A stretch of DNA of 64,000 nucleotides from Octopus vulgaris (lineage: Eukaryota). Each line of letters starts with the position of its first letter. The stretch's first letter is position 1. Positions 14,865-28,580 of this stretch are shown here, piece by piece. The DNA is taken from positions 9,300,001 through 9,364,000 of the forward strand of contig OX597830.1 in NCBI GenBank assembly GCA_951406725.2, read 5' to 3'. The notes under the pieces are model-generated. The model saw only the letters and a program-made list of their open reading frames with translations. It ran no database searches and was not told where the DNA came from. The position numbers and the translations under genes are program-made.

Positions 14865-15690
14865 AAATTTTGGCATAAAGCCAGCAATTTTGAGGAATGT
14901 GAGCAAGTCGATTGCATCGACCCCAGTACTTTAATAGGTATTTCTTTTATCAGCCCCGAAAAATGAAAGGCAAAGTTAACCTCGGTGGAATTTGAACTAA
15001 GAACGTAAACTGCTGGAGGAAACACTGCTAAGCCTGTTTATTTCCTGGCAACTAACGATTCTGCCAGCTCACTGTTTCAAATTTTGGCACAAGATTTGAA
15101 AGAAGGGGAGAATAAGTCGATTTCATTGACTCTAGTACTTAACTGCTATTTATTTCATCGACCCTGAAAGGGTAAAAGCAAAGACGACCTCGGCGGAATT
15201 TGAGCTCAGAAGATAGAGAGTCGGAACTAAAGAAATAAAAGTCCTTTCTGCTATAGACACAAGGCCTGAGATTTTGTGGAAGGGAGCTAGTCGGTCACAT
15301 CAACCCTAGTGTTCAACTGAACCTCATTTTTGCGATCCCGAAAGGTGAAAAAGCAAAGTCGACATCGGTGGATTTTGAAATCAAAACATAAAGACAAAAG
15401 ACGAATGAAATGCCGCTACACATTTTGTCCGGAGCGTTAACGATTCTGCCATCTTGCCAACTTGCAGAAATTCGATAACTGTTTCAATTTTTGGGACAAG
15501 GCCAGCAATTTCGAGGAAGGGTTTAGTTGATTACATCGACCCCAGTCATCAACTGGTACTCATTTTATCGACCCCGAAAGGATGAAAGGCAAAGTCGACC
15601 CTCGGCAGAATTTGAACTCAGAACGTAAAAACGGGCGAAGTGCTGCCAAGCATTTTGTCCGGTACTCTAACAGTTGTGTCAGCTAGCGGC
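14865..15690 (-). mobile_element. Tandem run of four family B SINE copies
   Basis: Variants of GAAAGGCAAAGTCGACCTCGGCGGAATTTGAACTCAGAAC recur at about 14965, 15170, 15350 and 15585, all in the same orientation. Confidence 0.8.
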
Positions 15691-15704
15691 TTAATAATAA
15701 CAAT

Positions 15705-15962
15705 CATAACAAGAGAGAATACTGAAAATTAAACCGACCACCCTCAAAAATTAAGTAAAAAAAAAAACAGAAAACGAAAAATAATCCAGAATCCTTGTCC
15801 GGAACTGGATCGATCCCAAAATTCAATCACAAGATGAAACATCACTGAAAGTTTCATCCGAATCCATTCAGTGGTTCTTGAGGTATCTTGTCCACGGACA
15901 AACAAACAAACAAACATAACTGAAAACAATACCTTCGCCTTCGCTAAGGCGAAGGTAATAAT
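15705..15962 (-). mobile_element. Helentron-associated non-autonomous element (HINE/DINE-1-like)
   Basis: Minus start TTATTACCTTCGCCTTAGCGAAGGCGAAGGTA (subterminal hairpin), then (GTTT)n and GGATT..GATGAAACTT, typical of DINE-1/HINE 5' ends. Confidence 0.6.
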
Positions 15963-16430
15963 AATCCTTTCTACTAAAGGCTCAAGGTCTGAAACAATGT
16001 TGATGTTTACAAAAAACCTCACAAACCAAACGAACAAAAATCAAAAGAAAAACGAAACAAAAACAAACGAACAAAAATGTATATACAACAAAAATGCTTA
16101 CGGTGGAGGTTTATATCCCTTTTAAGACCAAAGTACTGAGCGGGTCCTGTGGCAATGTCACAAAGGAAAACAATTTTGTTTCATCAAGTTAACGTGACGA
16201 TTGGTTACAGTGTCTTTTGCGGAGCTCTGTTCATGGCGTCTGTTTGTGGCTAGCGATAAAAAAAACATCAATAACAATGTCAACAGCAACATCAAGAACA
16301 ACAAATTGTCGTAGTCTGACTCTTTGTCTATATGTCGTTATACACACCCAAAACTTCGTATAGTGACGCACATACGCGTGTGTTTACACGTATGTGTATT
16401 TGCATAGATATGCATAGACATATATTTGTT

Positions 16431-16465
<35 letters not shown>

Positions 16466-16557
16466 TCACATATATATACACAAATATAATTCATATACAT
16501 ATACATATATATATATATATGCACATATGTATATATGTATGTATATATAGATATATG

Positions 16558-16641
<84 letters not shown>

Positions 16642-16649
<8 letters not shown>

Positions 16650-16759
16650 AATATGTTACATTACTCGGTAGTCAAGATAAAACTCTGAGTTTCAGATGCC
16701 GAAGTGGAAATCTCAGAGTTTTATCTTGACTACCGAGTAATGTAACATATTATTGTATA
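16642..16759. repeat. Perfect inverted repeat, 48-bp arms, 22-nt spacer
   Basis: 16642-16689 is the reverse complement of 16712-16759; abuts (TA)n. Confidence 0.9.
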
Positions 16760-16825
16760 GATAAATTTCCTCTATTTACATAATATTGTGGTCTCTTTCT
16801 TTCTTTTGTTATCTTACCGTTTTAT

Positions 16826-16855
<30 letters not shown>

Positions 16856-16861
<6 letters not shown>

Positions 16862-16991
16862 AAGGCTTCCAAATAAGGAAGCGTAGTGCTAGAAACACAA
16901 AAAAGGGGATAAATTCATGAATCCTTTCATGAATTTATCCCCTTTTTGTGTTTCTAGCACTACGCTTCTTTATTTGGAAGCCTTTTATTAT
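16856..16991. repeat. Near-perfect palindrome, about 65-bp arms, 4-nt loop
   Basis: AAAGGCTTCCAAATAAGG...AAATTCATGAA / TTCATGAATTT...TTATTTGGAAGCCTTT. Confidence 0.9.
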
Positions 16992-17176
16992 ATTTTTATA
17001 CGAAAAATATATAGTCTAATGACTAACTCGTCTTTTGTGCTAGGCCACTGGTAATAATAATTTATTTTATTACCCTATTTGATTATGTTCATATATATAT
17101 ATATACCGGAGTAAACACATAAATGTGAAACAAAGTGGAAAAAAGAGTACTCAAATACCAGTGGTAGAGTAATATG

Positions 17177-17393
17177 CTTTATTTAAAGCTGCAGAAAATT
17201 CAACAAAACCTGTTACTCTGAGTTTCCCGTTGCCGTTCATCGGACAGTTTGTCCGATGAATGGCAACGGGAAACTCAGAGTAACAGGTTTTGTTGAATTT
17301 GTCCGACAGTTTGTTCGACAGTTTGTCCGATGAACGGCAACGGGAAACTCAGAGTAACAGGTTTTGTTGAATTTTCTGCTGCTTTAAATAAAG
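17177..17393. ncRNA. Three copies (one -, two +) of a type-I hammerhead motif in an inverted/tandem rearrangement
   Basis: UGU-CCGAUGA-A-CG-GCAA-CG-G-GAAA-CU-CAG-AG-UA-ACA; arms 17177-17246 (-), 17250-17300 (+), 17324-17393 (+). Confidence 0.55.
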
Positions 17394-17440
17394 TACATAT
17401 ATATATATATATATATATTCATATATTCATATACGTATAC

Positions 17441-17479
<39 letters not shown>

Positions 17480-17592
17480 TATATGTATATATATATGTAT
17501 ATATATGTAGGTCCCGGGTTGATTCGGGGTTAACTACAGTAAATAAGGTACTCAATACATAGCAGAGTAAAATTAATTTATTATATAGAAGG

Positions 17593-17643
17593 AGCTTCTA
17601 CAGGACTAGAACTGTTTCATTCAAGAGAAATCTTCAGGAAGCT
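17593..17643 (-). ncRNA. Type-I hammerhead ribozyme (minus-strand copy)
   Basis: Reverse complement of 17879-17929. Confidence 0.7.
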
Positions 17644-17878
17644 AGTTAACAAGAATTGTATTGGCATTTATACATTTAGGCAGGTTTAAAGGGGTGTTGG
17701 TGGGGGACTTTTGGGGGTAGGCATAGGCAAAATATCATACTTGGGGGAGTGGTCAAAATATCATACTTGACCACTCCCCAAGTATGATATTTTGCGCTAT
17801 GCCTACCCCAAAAGTCCCCCACCAACACCCCTTTAAACCTGCCTAAATGTATAAATGCCAATACAATTCTTGTTAACT

Positions 17879-17929
17879 AGCTTCCTGAAGATTTCTCTTG
17901 AATGAAACAGTTCTAGTCCTGTAGAAGCT
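17879..17929 (+). ncRNA. Type-I hammerhead ribozyme
   Basis: Stem I AGCUUC/GAAGCU; core CUGAAGA; stem II UUC-UCUU-GAA (U.U closing); GAAA; stem III CAG/CUG; GUA cleavage triplet. Confidence 0.7.
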
Positions 17930-17945
17930 CCTTCTATATAATAAA

Positions 17946-17986
<41 letters not shown>

Positions 17987-18129
17987 GTGTATACATATAC
18001 GTTGATATATACATAAATATATATGTATATATATATACATATATATGTATGTGTTTATATATACACACATGCATATATACATACATGTATACATACATAT
18101 ATACAAACACACACTCTCTTTCTCTCTCA

Positions 18130-18168
<39 letters not shown>

Positions 18169-18217
18169 CTACACGCAGCCAAATGCTTGAAACGAGTAAA
18201 AGAGCAGATATGTATAC

Positions 18218-18249
<32 letters not shown>

Positions 18250-18419
18250 TGCATAAAGAAACAATGAGATGTAATAGGGATGATAAATCAATTGAAACGA
18301 GGAAGGGAGTTAATTGTGTAAGACGAAGATGCGATAATTGAATTAAGGAGTCTAGCCCTGACAAAATTATTGAAATAAACAGGGAAATCTCACGTCCCCG
18401 AGCCCCTACCCACGCCTTT

Positions 18420-18770
18420 TATTATCCTCCTCTCCTCCTCCTCCTCATAATCATCATCATCGTCATTAATGTCATCAACATTAATGCTATCATCGTTGTT
18501 ATGACGATGATGATGATCATCATCATAATCACCATCATCATCATTATTGTCGTTGGTCTTGTTACTACTACTACAACAACAACAACAACAACAACTACTA
18601 CTACTACTACTACTAGTACTACTACCACCACTACTCCTCCCCTCCTTCTCCTCTTCCTCTTCCTACTACTACTACTTCTGCAGCTACAATTATTGTTGCT
18701 ATTATCATTCTTCTTCTTCTTCTTCTTATTATTATTATTAATATTATTATTATTATTATTATAATATTAA

Positions 18771-18834
<64 letters not shown>

Positions 18835-18873
18835 ATTATTATAATATTAATATTATTATTATTATTATTATTA

Positions 18874-18917
<44 letters not shown>

Positions 18918-18922
18918 ATTAA

Positions 18923-18993
<71 letters not shown>
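18420..18993. repeat. Compound trinucleotide microsatellite (CCT/CAT/ACT/TTA)
   Basis: Direct reading. Confidence 0.95.
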
Positions 18994-18995
<2 letters not shown>

Positions 18996-19059
18996 TCCGT
19001 CTGATAAAGCATGTCTCGCTCTTTACAAGTTTCATTACAGACAAATACACACATACACA

Positions 19060-19119
<60 letters not shown>

Positions 19120-19744
19120 CATGTTAAGCCTTACGCAGGCGGCTACATGACCCTCCCTCCTTAGCGGGCGAAGCTTACAAGATTTCACCCTCCGTCCCAC
19201 CGCCCTCACACTTCATCCCCATAATTCTGCATACGTTCATTGATGATGGATCTGTGAGTCTGTAGCGGAGGAGCCGAGGAGTGGATGGGGCGGCGCGATG
19301 GTCGGTTCCTGTTTCCTTCAATTCTAACATAACAGACATTGACACACAGAGACAAGTTTATCAAGTGGATATTATCATTATTGAAGAAACGAACTAGAAT
19401 AATATTCATCATTAATTAATCCCATTTACTCTCACGTACACACATATGATATACATAAATACATACATACATACATACATACATACATACATACATACAT
19501 ACATACATACATACATACATACATACATACATACATACATACATACACACATACATACATACATACATACATACATACATACATACATACATACATACAT
19601 ACATACATGCATACATATAGACGGACAGACATTCATAGACACACAAACACACGCATACACACGTACCCCCATACACACACACACACGTACCCCCATACAC
19701 ACACACACACACACGTACCCCCATACACACACACACAGTTTATC

Positions 19745-20170
19745 TTTTCTTGTTATTTGGTTCAGTAATTAGACTGCGGCAATGGTAGGGCACCGCCTTG
19801 AGGAATTCTTCGTCGAATTGATGGATCCCAGCATTTACTTTCTTTTAAAGACTAAATATTTATTTATCGGTATATTTTGCGAAATTATGGGAACATAAAC
19901 ACACCAACAGTGGTTGTCAAGCGTCAGTGGACACAAAGACATCCAGAAGGACACACCACACAGATAGATATACATATATTTGCGTATATAAATATAAATG
20001 GATATATATATATATACAACGGGCTTCTTTCAGTTTCCGTCTACCAAACCCATTCACAAGATTTTAGTCGACCACAGGATATTGTAAAAGACAACTGCCC
20101 AAAGTGCCACGTGGTGGGACTGAACCCAAAGCATGTGGTTAAAATGGAGTCTTCTTACCACAGCCACACC
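19745..20170 (-). mobile_element. tRNA-derived SINE (family A), diverged
   Basis: Homology to family A. Confidence 0.75.
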
Positions 20171-20201
<31 letters not shown>

Positions 20202-20270
20202 GATTTCGCCATGATAGATCGCTTGCCACTATACACTGTTTATTTTCTTTCCTTGTTTCTTTCTGTGTTC

Positions 20271-20306
20271 CTTTCTGTAGAAGAGCATAAGCTCGAAACG
20301 TTAAAT
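20271..20306 (+). ncRNA. Degenerate minimal hammerhead motif in element 20200-20395
   Basis: UUU-CUGUAGA-A-GAGC-AUAA-GCUC-GAAA-CG-UU-AAA (A6U core substitution); the element terminus is shared with 7470-7525. Confidence 0.5.
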
Positions 20307-20393
20307 ACCTTTTCACTTCCCGAGCGTTATACCAATACATCTGTTTGTTGTCCACACTAGGTGTTTCATCTTTTGTTTTTTTGTGAATTCTCC

Positions 20394-20464
<71 letters not shown>

Positions 20465-20850
20465 CACAGGGTTGGCCAAAAGTCACCCGACAGTAACTCA
20501 AAATTCCATAAATACTCTTTGTAATTCTGTATTGACTCGAATGGAAAAACGTATTGCTGAAGAAGGACTTCAGTTTTGAACAATTTTCATGATGGAAATT
20601 ATAGAATGCAATCAATACAAGTCAATATAAATTCCAAATCCTAATTTAAGAAACAAAACGAAATATATAGTCATATAAATTTATAAATCAGTGAACATAA
20701 TTCCATGTAAAAGTCAGTAGAAACTACGCATCGTGTACTTTGGGGTCAGGTACCGAATGGAGGTAGGACAAGTAAAAAGATAAAAATTCGAGGCAATGGC
20801 TTCCAAAAGGAACCGTTCGAATCGATTAAGAATTTGATGTTTATACGAAA

Positions 20851-21367
20851 CTAGCAGTATCGCCCGGCGTTGCTCGGGTTTGTAAGGGAAATAACTATAT
20901 AAGCATTTTTAGAGAGTTACTTCCCTTATAGATGCCAATTCGGGCTTTCTTAGCCATTTCTGTTTTGGTGTCTTCAAGCCATGAAGTCGTTGTTCTAAAA
21001 GAACGCTGGTCTCCTTGACAACGCTTTACGACGTTGATTTCCTTACACTCCTTTCCCCACAGCTTCACGAGGGAGGGAAGAAGGGGGAGAAGCAAACAGG
21101 TGCAGGTGTGAACGTGGACGCCAACTCCGCCGCCATCGACACACGAAAAATTATGCATTAAAATGGAATAAAAAATGATGTTAAATTATTTTTAAAATCG
21201 TAGACTCATCGTAGACGCGCGCTAATAGCCAGACGGGCTCGATATTAATCACGACTATAAGATACCCGACCGAATTTGGTTAAACTGCACCGCAAAATGT
21301 GGGAGGAGTTAGGAATCTAAATCGAAGGGGACAGACACTCACACAACTACAGTTTTATATATATAGA
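20851..21367 (-). mobile_element. Complete non-autonomous Helitron
   Basis: Minus strand: A|TCTATATATATAAAAC... 5' end; 3' hairpin CCCGAGCAACGCCGGG followed by CTAG|T; inserted at an AT dinucleotide. Confidence 0.85.
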
Positions 21368-21639
21368 TGTCGGAGGAGAGTTCAGATTTTAAAAATTCAG
21401 GTGTAAATAGGTAAATAAGATAAATATATACAGATTCGGTTGAATTCGGGTAAAGAATATCATCTACGGCCGTTTAGAGGTATAATAAATGTATAAATGG
21501 CGTTTTAAGTATTCCAAATACAAAAAGATAATGCCCCCCCCCCCACAGGATGGGTTCCTTCCTGATGAAATCACACATTGCAATAATTTGATAGCTAACT
21601 GATCGTACATTTTCCCCCCTCCATTCTTTATCTTTTTCT

Positions 21640-22570
21640 CGTTCCTTTCTGGTTTATATTTTTCTTTAGTTACACAATTTTTCGGTTTTCATGACATCAG
21701 CTTTCTTCGCGTGTTTCAACAGTGGCTCCACGGCATTTTATATATACCAACCTTGGCTGTTTTCCTCTGCTTTGATACAGTTCTGGCAACTGATCAAACT
21801 TCTCTCACTCTTTCTTCTGGACAAGTACAGCCTATCGGTGTCACTCTTAGAGTGGAAGGTTCATTGTACTTTCAGCATTTTTCTGGTCTCGGTATCCATT
21901 TCTTCATTTCTCTCTTTTGTCATTTTATAATTCCCGCTCTAAACCGAAGTGATGTTATCGCCCACGTATTAACAGCTTGGATTTTATTCCATCCAGTCAA
22001 TTTTGTGCGCAACACCAACCTCAGATTTCGGAACTGCTCCATCCTCAATTGCTCTTCCATTTCATTTACCATTATCCCCTTGGACTGTAGTACACCAAGG
22101 TATTTGTATCCTTCTATTTCAATTTGCTTAATTAAGTCTCTATTCGGTAAGTCTGTCCCTACTAAGGATTGTGCCTTGCCCCTTTTTAGGTAGATCACTC
22201 CGCACTTCTTGTATCCAAATTCCATTCTAATATCAGTACTAGAACAGTGGACCGTGTTCACCAAGGAACTCACTTGTGTCTCATCTTTGCAAAACATTTT
22301 CAAATCATCCACGAACAGAAAGTGGTTGATTGTTTGGGATTTTTTCTTTAGTTGATACCCCAGGTTCATTTTCCTGAGTACCAAGGTCAGGGACATCATG
22401 CAGAGAACGAAAAGCAAAGGAGATGAGACCCTGGAAAATCCCTCTACTGATACCCAGAATGCCCAAGCTTTTTCCGTAAGATGTTAGTTCAGTTTTCCAT
22501 CTCTCCATAATTCTCTTCAGGAAACACGTTATATTATTCGCAATTCCAGATCTAAGCACCCGAATGTGGA
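21640..22570 (-). mobile_element. R4/Dong-clade LINE reverse transcriptase fragment (pseudogenised)
   Basis: ORFs with RGIFQG, LFVLCM, INHFLFVDDLKMF, MEFGYKKC, YKYLGV, NKIQAVNTWA; frameshifts; abuts a (TTA)n/(TCA)n tract. Confidence 0.88.
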
Positions 22571-22589
22571 ATTATATCATAAACTTATC

Positions 22590-22617
22590 ATTATCATAAC
22601 ATTATCATAATCATATT

Positions 22618-22661
<44 letters not shown>

Positions 22662-22675
22662 TATTATTATTATTA

Positions 22676-22716
<41 letters not shown>

Positions 22717-22903
22717 TATTATTGGTATTTTTATCATTATTATTGTTATTATTATTTCATTATTATTATTATTGTTACTATTATTATTATTATTATTATC
22801 ATTTATTATTATTATTATTATTATTATTATCATTATTATTATTAATATTGTTATTATTATTATTATTATTTCATCTTTATTATTATTATCATCATTATTT
22901 TTA

Positions 22904-22961
<58 letters not shown>

Positions 22962-23255
22962 TGTTGTTATTGTTGTTATTGTTATTTTTATATTATTCAA
23001 CACGAGTCGATCGGCTTGACTTTGTGCACCAGTCCAAAAATAAATTCCTGATATGGAGATAGGTGCAAGAACTCGTTGTTGTCATCAGAGTAGTAGTAGC
23101 AACAGTAGTAGTAGTAGTAGGAGGAGGAGGAGGAGGAGCATCATTAGTGACAGTAACAGTAGCAGCAACAGCAGCAGTAGTGGTAATAGCATCATCATCA
23201 TCAACATTAGCAGCAGCAGCAGCAGTAGTAGTAGTAATTGTTGTTGTTGTTGTTG
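22590..23255. repeat. (TCA)n/(TTA)n and (AGT/AGC)n microsatellites
   Basis: Direct reading. Confidence 0.93.
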
Positions 23256-24087
23256 AATGTGACCTTTAAGCGTTGGTATCTGTGGACAAACGCCGACAAT
23301 CGAAATGTTTGCTATTAGATAATTTATCAGTGATTGCGTGGAAGCCATATTTTGACAACTCTTCCTGTCAATGCAGACACATTTGAGGACTATTTAGACA
23401 TTTGTACGTATGCATGTGTATATGTATGTGTCCATATATATATATATGTACATAAATATGCACACACACACATATACACACACACACACACATACACACA
23501 TACACACACAAACACGCACACGTATATACGCTTTCCTCGCACACAATATGTTTAAACATTCCAAATAACCATCCACATTCCCACCATTTAACTCCATCAC
23601 ACGTTTACACCTCTAGACATATGCACAAACATCCCTCTTAATACTCATCTCGGTGCATGGATACACACCACCTTCTCCATTCCGAACTCAATAATAAGAC
23701 CATATTTCCGCCTGATCCTTATCTCCGTCGTCCATTTTCTTTCTTCCGAACAATTTTTTTTCGTTCACAGTCCTCCTTTACTGCATTTCCACACATTCCT
23801 TCTGGGGGAAGGACTAGCATCTGAAACTTCAAGACTCGTTCCATTCCGTTGCAGCGTTAAAATATACAACATCTGTTGTCTTGCTTCATTTTCTAGTCAT
23901 GACTTTTATTATCTATGTATATATAACTCAGTCAATCCTTGTCCCTAGATTGGCTCTCCAGCAAGACAACGACACAAAATCCTAGATGAATGCATAGCAT
24001 TTAAACAGTATCACATCACTCCATAAGAAATTCGAAGGCATCTTATATCAGTGTATTTAAATACATAATATACACCTATCCAAAGAA

Positions 24088-24144
<57 letters not shown>

Positions 24145-24149
<5 letters not shown>

Positions 24150-24453
24150 CGTGATCACCGTGACCGACCAGGCTATCAGATGTTGCTACACATCGCTGGT
24201 CACAATGCGCTTCGCATGGTTTTAGCCTTCAAATGACGCCACCCCGCTGGCTAAGCGAGCAGGCCAACAGACGAAAGAGTGAGAGAAAGTTGTGGTGAAA
24301 GAGTACAGCAGGCATCGCCACCACCCCCTGCCGGAGCCTCGTGGAACATTAGGTGTTTTCGCTCAATAAACATTCACAACGTCCGGACTGGGAATCGAAA
24401 CCGCGATCCTACAACAGCGAGTCCGCTGCCCTAACCACTGGGTCATTGCGCCT
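24145..24453 (-). mobile_element. tRNA-derived SINE (family D) with LINE-like tandem tail (CACGGTGAT)2
   Basis: A/B boxes TGACCCAGTGGTTAG / GGTTTCGATTCCC; homologous to 53213-53534 (+) and 43670-43865 (-). Confidence 0.8.
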
Positions 24454-24639
24454 ACACACACACATATACGTGCGTGAGTCGTCTAAAGTTCTATAAGTCT
24501 GGAAAAAGATGTACTCTTATATCTGTCAATAGAGTGGGTGTATTATCCGAAGTGTTCATGATGGATATACAATACTGCACTCTTCGGATCACACTCACAC
24601 ACACACACAAATACGTACACACAAAGAAAATCACTACAT

Positions 24640-25392
24640 CAGATCTAAATGGCTCGTAAAACAAAATGAAATATCCAGCAGAAGATTTGATTTGGTTTTC
24701 CTCAAACGAAAAAAAACTTCGGCTAAGATTAAAAAGTATAACAGAAGAAATGACAGATGGTTATGTGCAGACCCTTCTGAAGTTCCGAATGTTATGCATA
24801 CAAAATTTCCTGCAACTGTCATAGTTTTAGGGGTTGTCAGCAATGAAGGACATGTGCTACCTCCTTACTTCTTTCCACTAGGCCTTAGAGTTAATTCTGC
24901 CACCTACATTGAGGTCCTGGAAATAATTGTTTAAGCCCTGGACAGTTTATGCAGTAGAAAGCCATACTCTGCAATATTACACATGGCTCTAGTAACACAG
25001 GAATGGATGGCTGAAAATTTTCATCATCACGTAACCCTTAACATTTGGCTCCCTAATTCGCCAGACCTCAATCCCTTGGACTATCACATGTGGAGTGTTG
25101 TTGAGAGAGAGGTCAATAAACACACCCATAACACCAATGGTTCTTTGAAAGCTACCATAGTGAGAATAATGTCCAAAATGATACTAGGACAACTTGATTC
25201 GAGCATGTGAAGGATTTAGATCTGATATGGAAGCAGTTGTTGAAGCTGAAGGTGGCTTTATTCAATAACATTATAGAAAAGAAGGTTTCTTTTTATCCTC
25301 AGAGCCTTTTTTGATAAACAAAGTTATGTTCTTATATATGTTTTTGGTTTTATAAACAGAAATCTGTCCTCAAATACCTTATGCACCCTGTA
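24640..25392 (+). mobile_element. Decayed maT-like (Tc1/mariner) transposon, 3' part
   Basis: HTKFPATVIVLGVVSNEGHVLPPYFF and WLPNSPDLNPLDY motifs; right TIR ...TATGCACCCTG-TA. Confidence 0.85.
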
Positions 25393-25394
25393 TG

Positions 25395-25441
<47 letters not shown>

Positions 25442-25491
25442 CTATATCTATCTATCTATAATCTATCTATATATATATATATATATATATA

Positions 25492-25543
<52 letters not shown>

Positions 25544-25584
25544 GTATATATATATATATATATATATGTTTATATACACCCCCC

Positions 25585-25615
<31 letters not shown>

Positions 25616-26051
25616 TCATATTTACAAACGTGTGCACGAGCATTTACGTATATAGTATACTGAATTGCCTACTTGCAAACACGTACATACACGTGCGCGC
25701 ACACACACACACACATACACAAACACACACGTACGCCAAGAGACACACACGTCAAACGCGCGCGCACACTCACACACACACACACATTTGCAACCAAACA
25801 CGTACACACACTTTCAATTGGTGCGGAAGTAAATTTTTCACTTAAGTGTTTACAGCTGCTTTATTGATGCAAATTGACCAGAATTGAGCGACCAGTTCAT
25901 ACACACACACACAGACATATATATATATATATACACATACATACATACACACACATACACATATATACATACATACATACATACACACACATACACACAC
26001 ACATACATACATACACATACATACACACACATACATACATACATACATACA

Positions 26052-26087
<36 letters not shown>

Positions 26088-26661
26088 TATATACATATAT
26101 ACATACATATATACATACATACATACATACATACATACACACACATACATACATACATACATATATATATACATACATACATACATACATACATGCATAC
26201 ACATACATACATACATACATACATGCATACATACATACATATATACATACATAGACACACATACATTCATACATATACAAACATACATACACACATACAT
26301 ACATACATACATACATACATACATACATACTCACACATACATACATACACACATACATACACACACATACAAACACACACACATACATACATACATGCAT
26401 CCATACAAACATATATACATACAAGCGACACACACCTATATCTATATATACACACATATTCGTATGTGTGTGTTTATATTTATATTTGTATATGTGTACC
26501 GGGCAATTTCCATCATAAATCTTTCCAAACATATTGTATAGATTGTGAATTCTCTCTCGACCGCTGTCTGTGTGTCTGTCTGTAAAATGCATATATCTAT
26601 ACCCATGTGTACATTCATATAATCATATGAGTTGTGCTTATGCGTATACGTGAGGCTATAA

Positions 26662-26736
<75 letters not shown>

Positions 26737-26824
26737 GATAGATATATACATATACATATGTATATGTATAAATATATATATTTATACATGTCATATGTAA
26801 CATACGTGTATAATCGCATGCGCA

Positions 26825-26908
<84 letters not shown>

Positions 26909-27860
26909 ATCTATCTATCTAAATGGAAATTAAGTAAGAGATAAAAGGAGATAGAATGTGAGTGAGTGATCCAATCAGTTTCGAGATTTGGAAGAATGTC
27001 GTTGGAATATTCCTTATTTCCGCCGGAAATGTTTCCACTCAATCCCCACCAGCAACAGCAACAGCAACAACAGCGAAATAGTTTCCATAGAATTTTGCTA
27101 ATATGTATTTACTCGTGGGAAAAACTTAAAAGGGAAGAAAACACCAACATGATGTTTGGGAGGGAAATGTCGAAAGCAAATGGATGCGTTTGGCGTTGAC
27201 ATCTGGACAGAATCAAATGGACGTGTTTAGTATTGAGTCTTGGAGAGAAGCAGATGAACGTATTTGGCACTGACCCTTGGACGGAATCAAATGTATTCAA
27301 GACTCAATCTTCTTTTAAAAGTTACTTTCTGTATTGTTTATTACAATAATCCTTGAAGCATTTAGACTGCATGAGAAGACACAATACACAAGGCCATATA
27401 CTCACATACTATAACACACACCCACGCACGCACGCACATAGGCACATAGACACACAGACACACACACACACACACACACACAGGTACACACGCAGGTACA
27501 CACACACACAGACACACACGCACACATGCAGGCACACATACACATGTAGTATTTGAACTGCAAGGTTTTCTCCGTTCAAACTTGCTCAGATTTTCCCAAC
27601 TGGAATCGCGCCACGCGGCGCGTTCCTGCGTAGCATTCGTGACACCGGAGGGTAAGGTAACGTCCCGAATCCGTACTGAGTTGATTGATCAAGCTTTCTA
27701 AAAGACCTCTAACCCATCGATAACCTTGCCGAGTGTTCATAGGTTGTATCACGATGAGTTTTACTTAGCTCTCTAGAAATGTCCTACAAAAACCACCGGA
27801 AGAGAGAGAGAGAGAGAGGGGAGGGGGCAACCGATGATTGAATATTGATTATTATTGCTA

Positions 27861-28050
27861 TACGAGGGGGTGCTGAAAAGTTCCTGGCTTTGGGTAAAAG
27901 AAAATACAGGAGGATCAGTTAATTATGATTTTATTCAACATATTCCCCTCTCAGATTCACACACTTATTGCAGTGGTCCTTCAGTTTTTCTCAGCCCTGT
28001 AAATGAACTCAAAAGTTTGGGCCTCCAACCAGGCCTTTTGCGACACCCTT
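27861..28050 (+). mobile_element. Mariner-type TIR fragment or MITE
   Basis: TA-CGAGGGGGTGCTGAAAAGTTCC terminal motif. Confidence 0.5.
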
Positions 28051-28101
28051 AAAGGCACCTCCTACGGTATTATCCATACAATTTCAAAATAAGGTGATTA
28101 A

Positions 28102-28580
<479 letters not shown>

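Larger units (their letters stand above)
17576..17946. repeat. Near-perfect palindrome, about 180-bp arms, 10-nt spacer
   Basis: 17576-17756 versus 17767-17946 differ mainly by homopolymer-length indels; (TA)n on the right and about 65 bp beyond the left arm. Confidence 0.92.

Noticed and set aside
14865-15690. Regularly spaced repeats that might suggest a CRISPR-like array
   Set aside because: Units are diverged SINE copies in a eukaryotic context; no identical short repeats with unique spacers and no cas genes.
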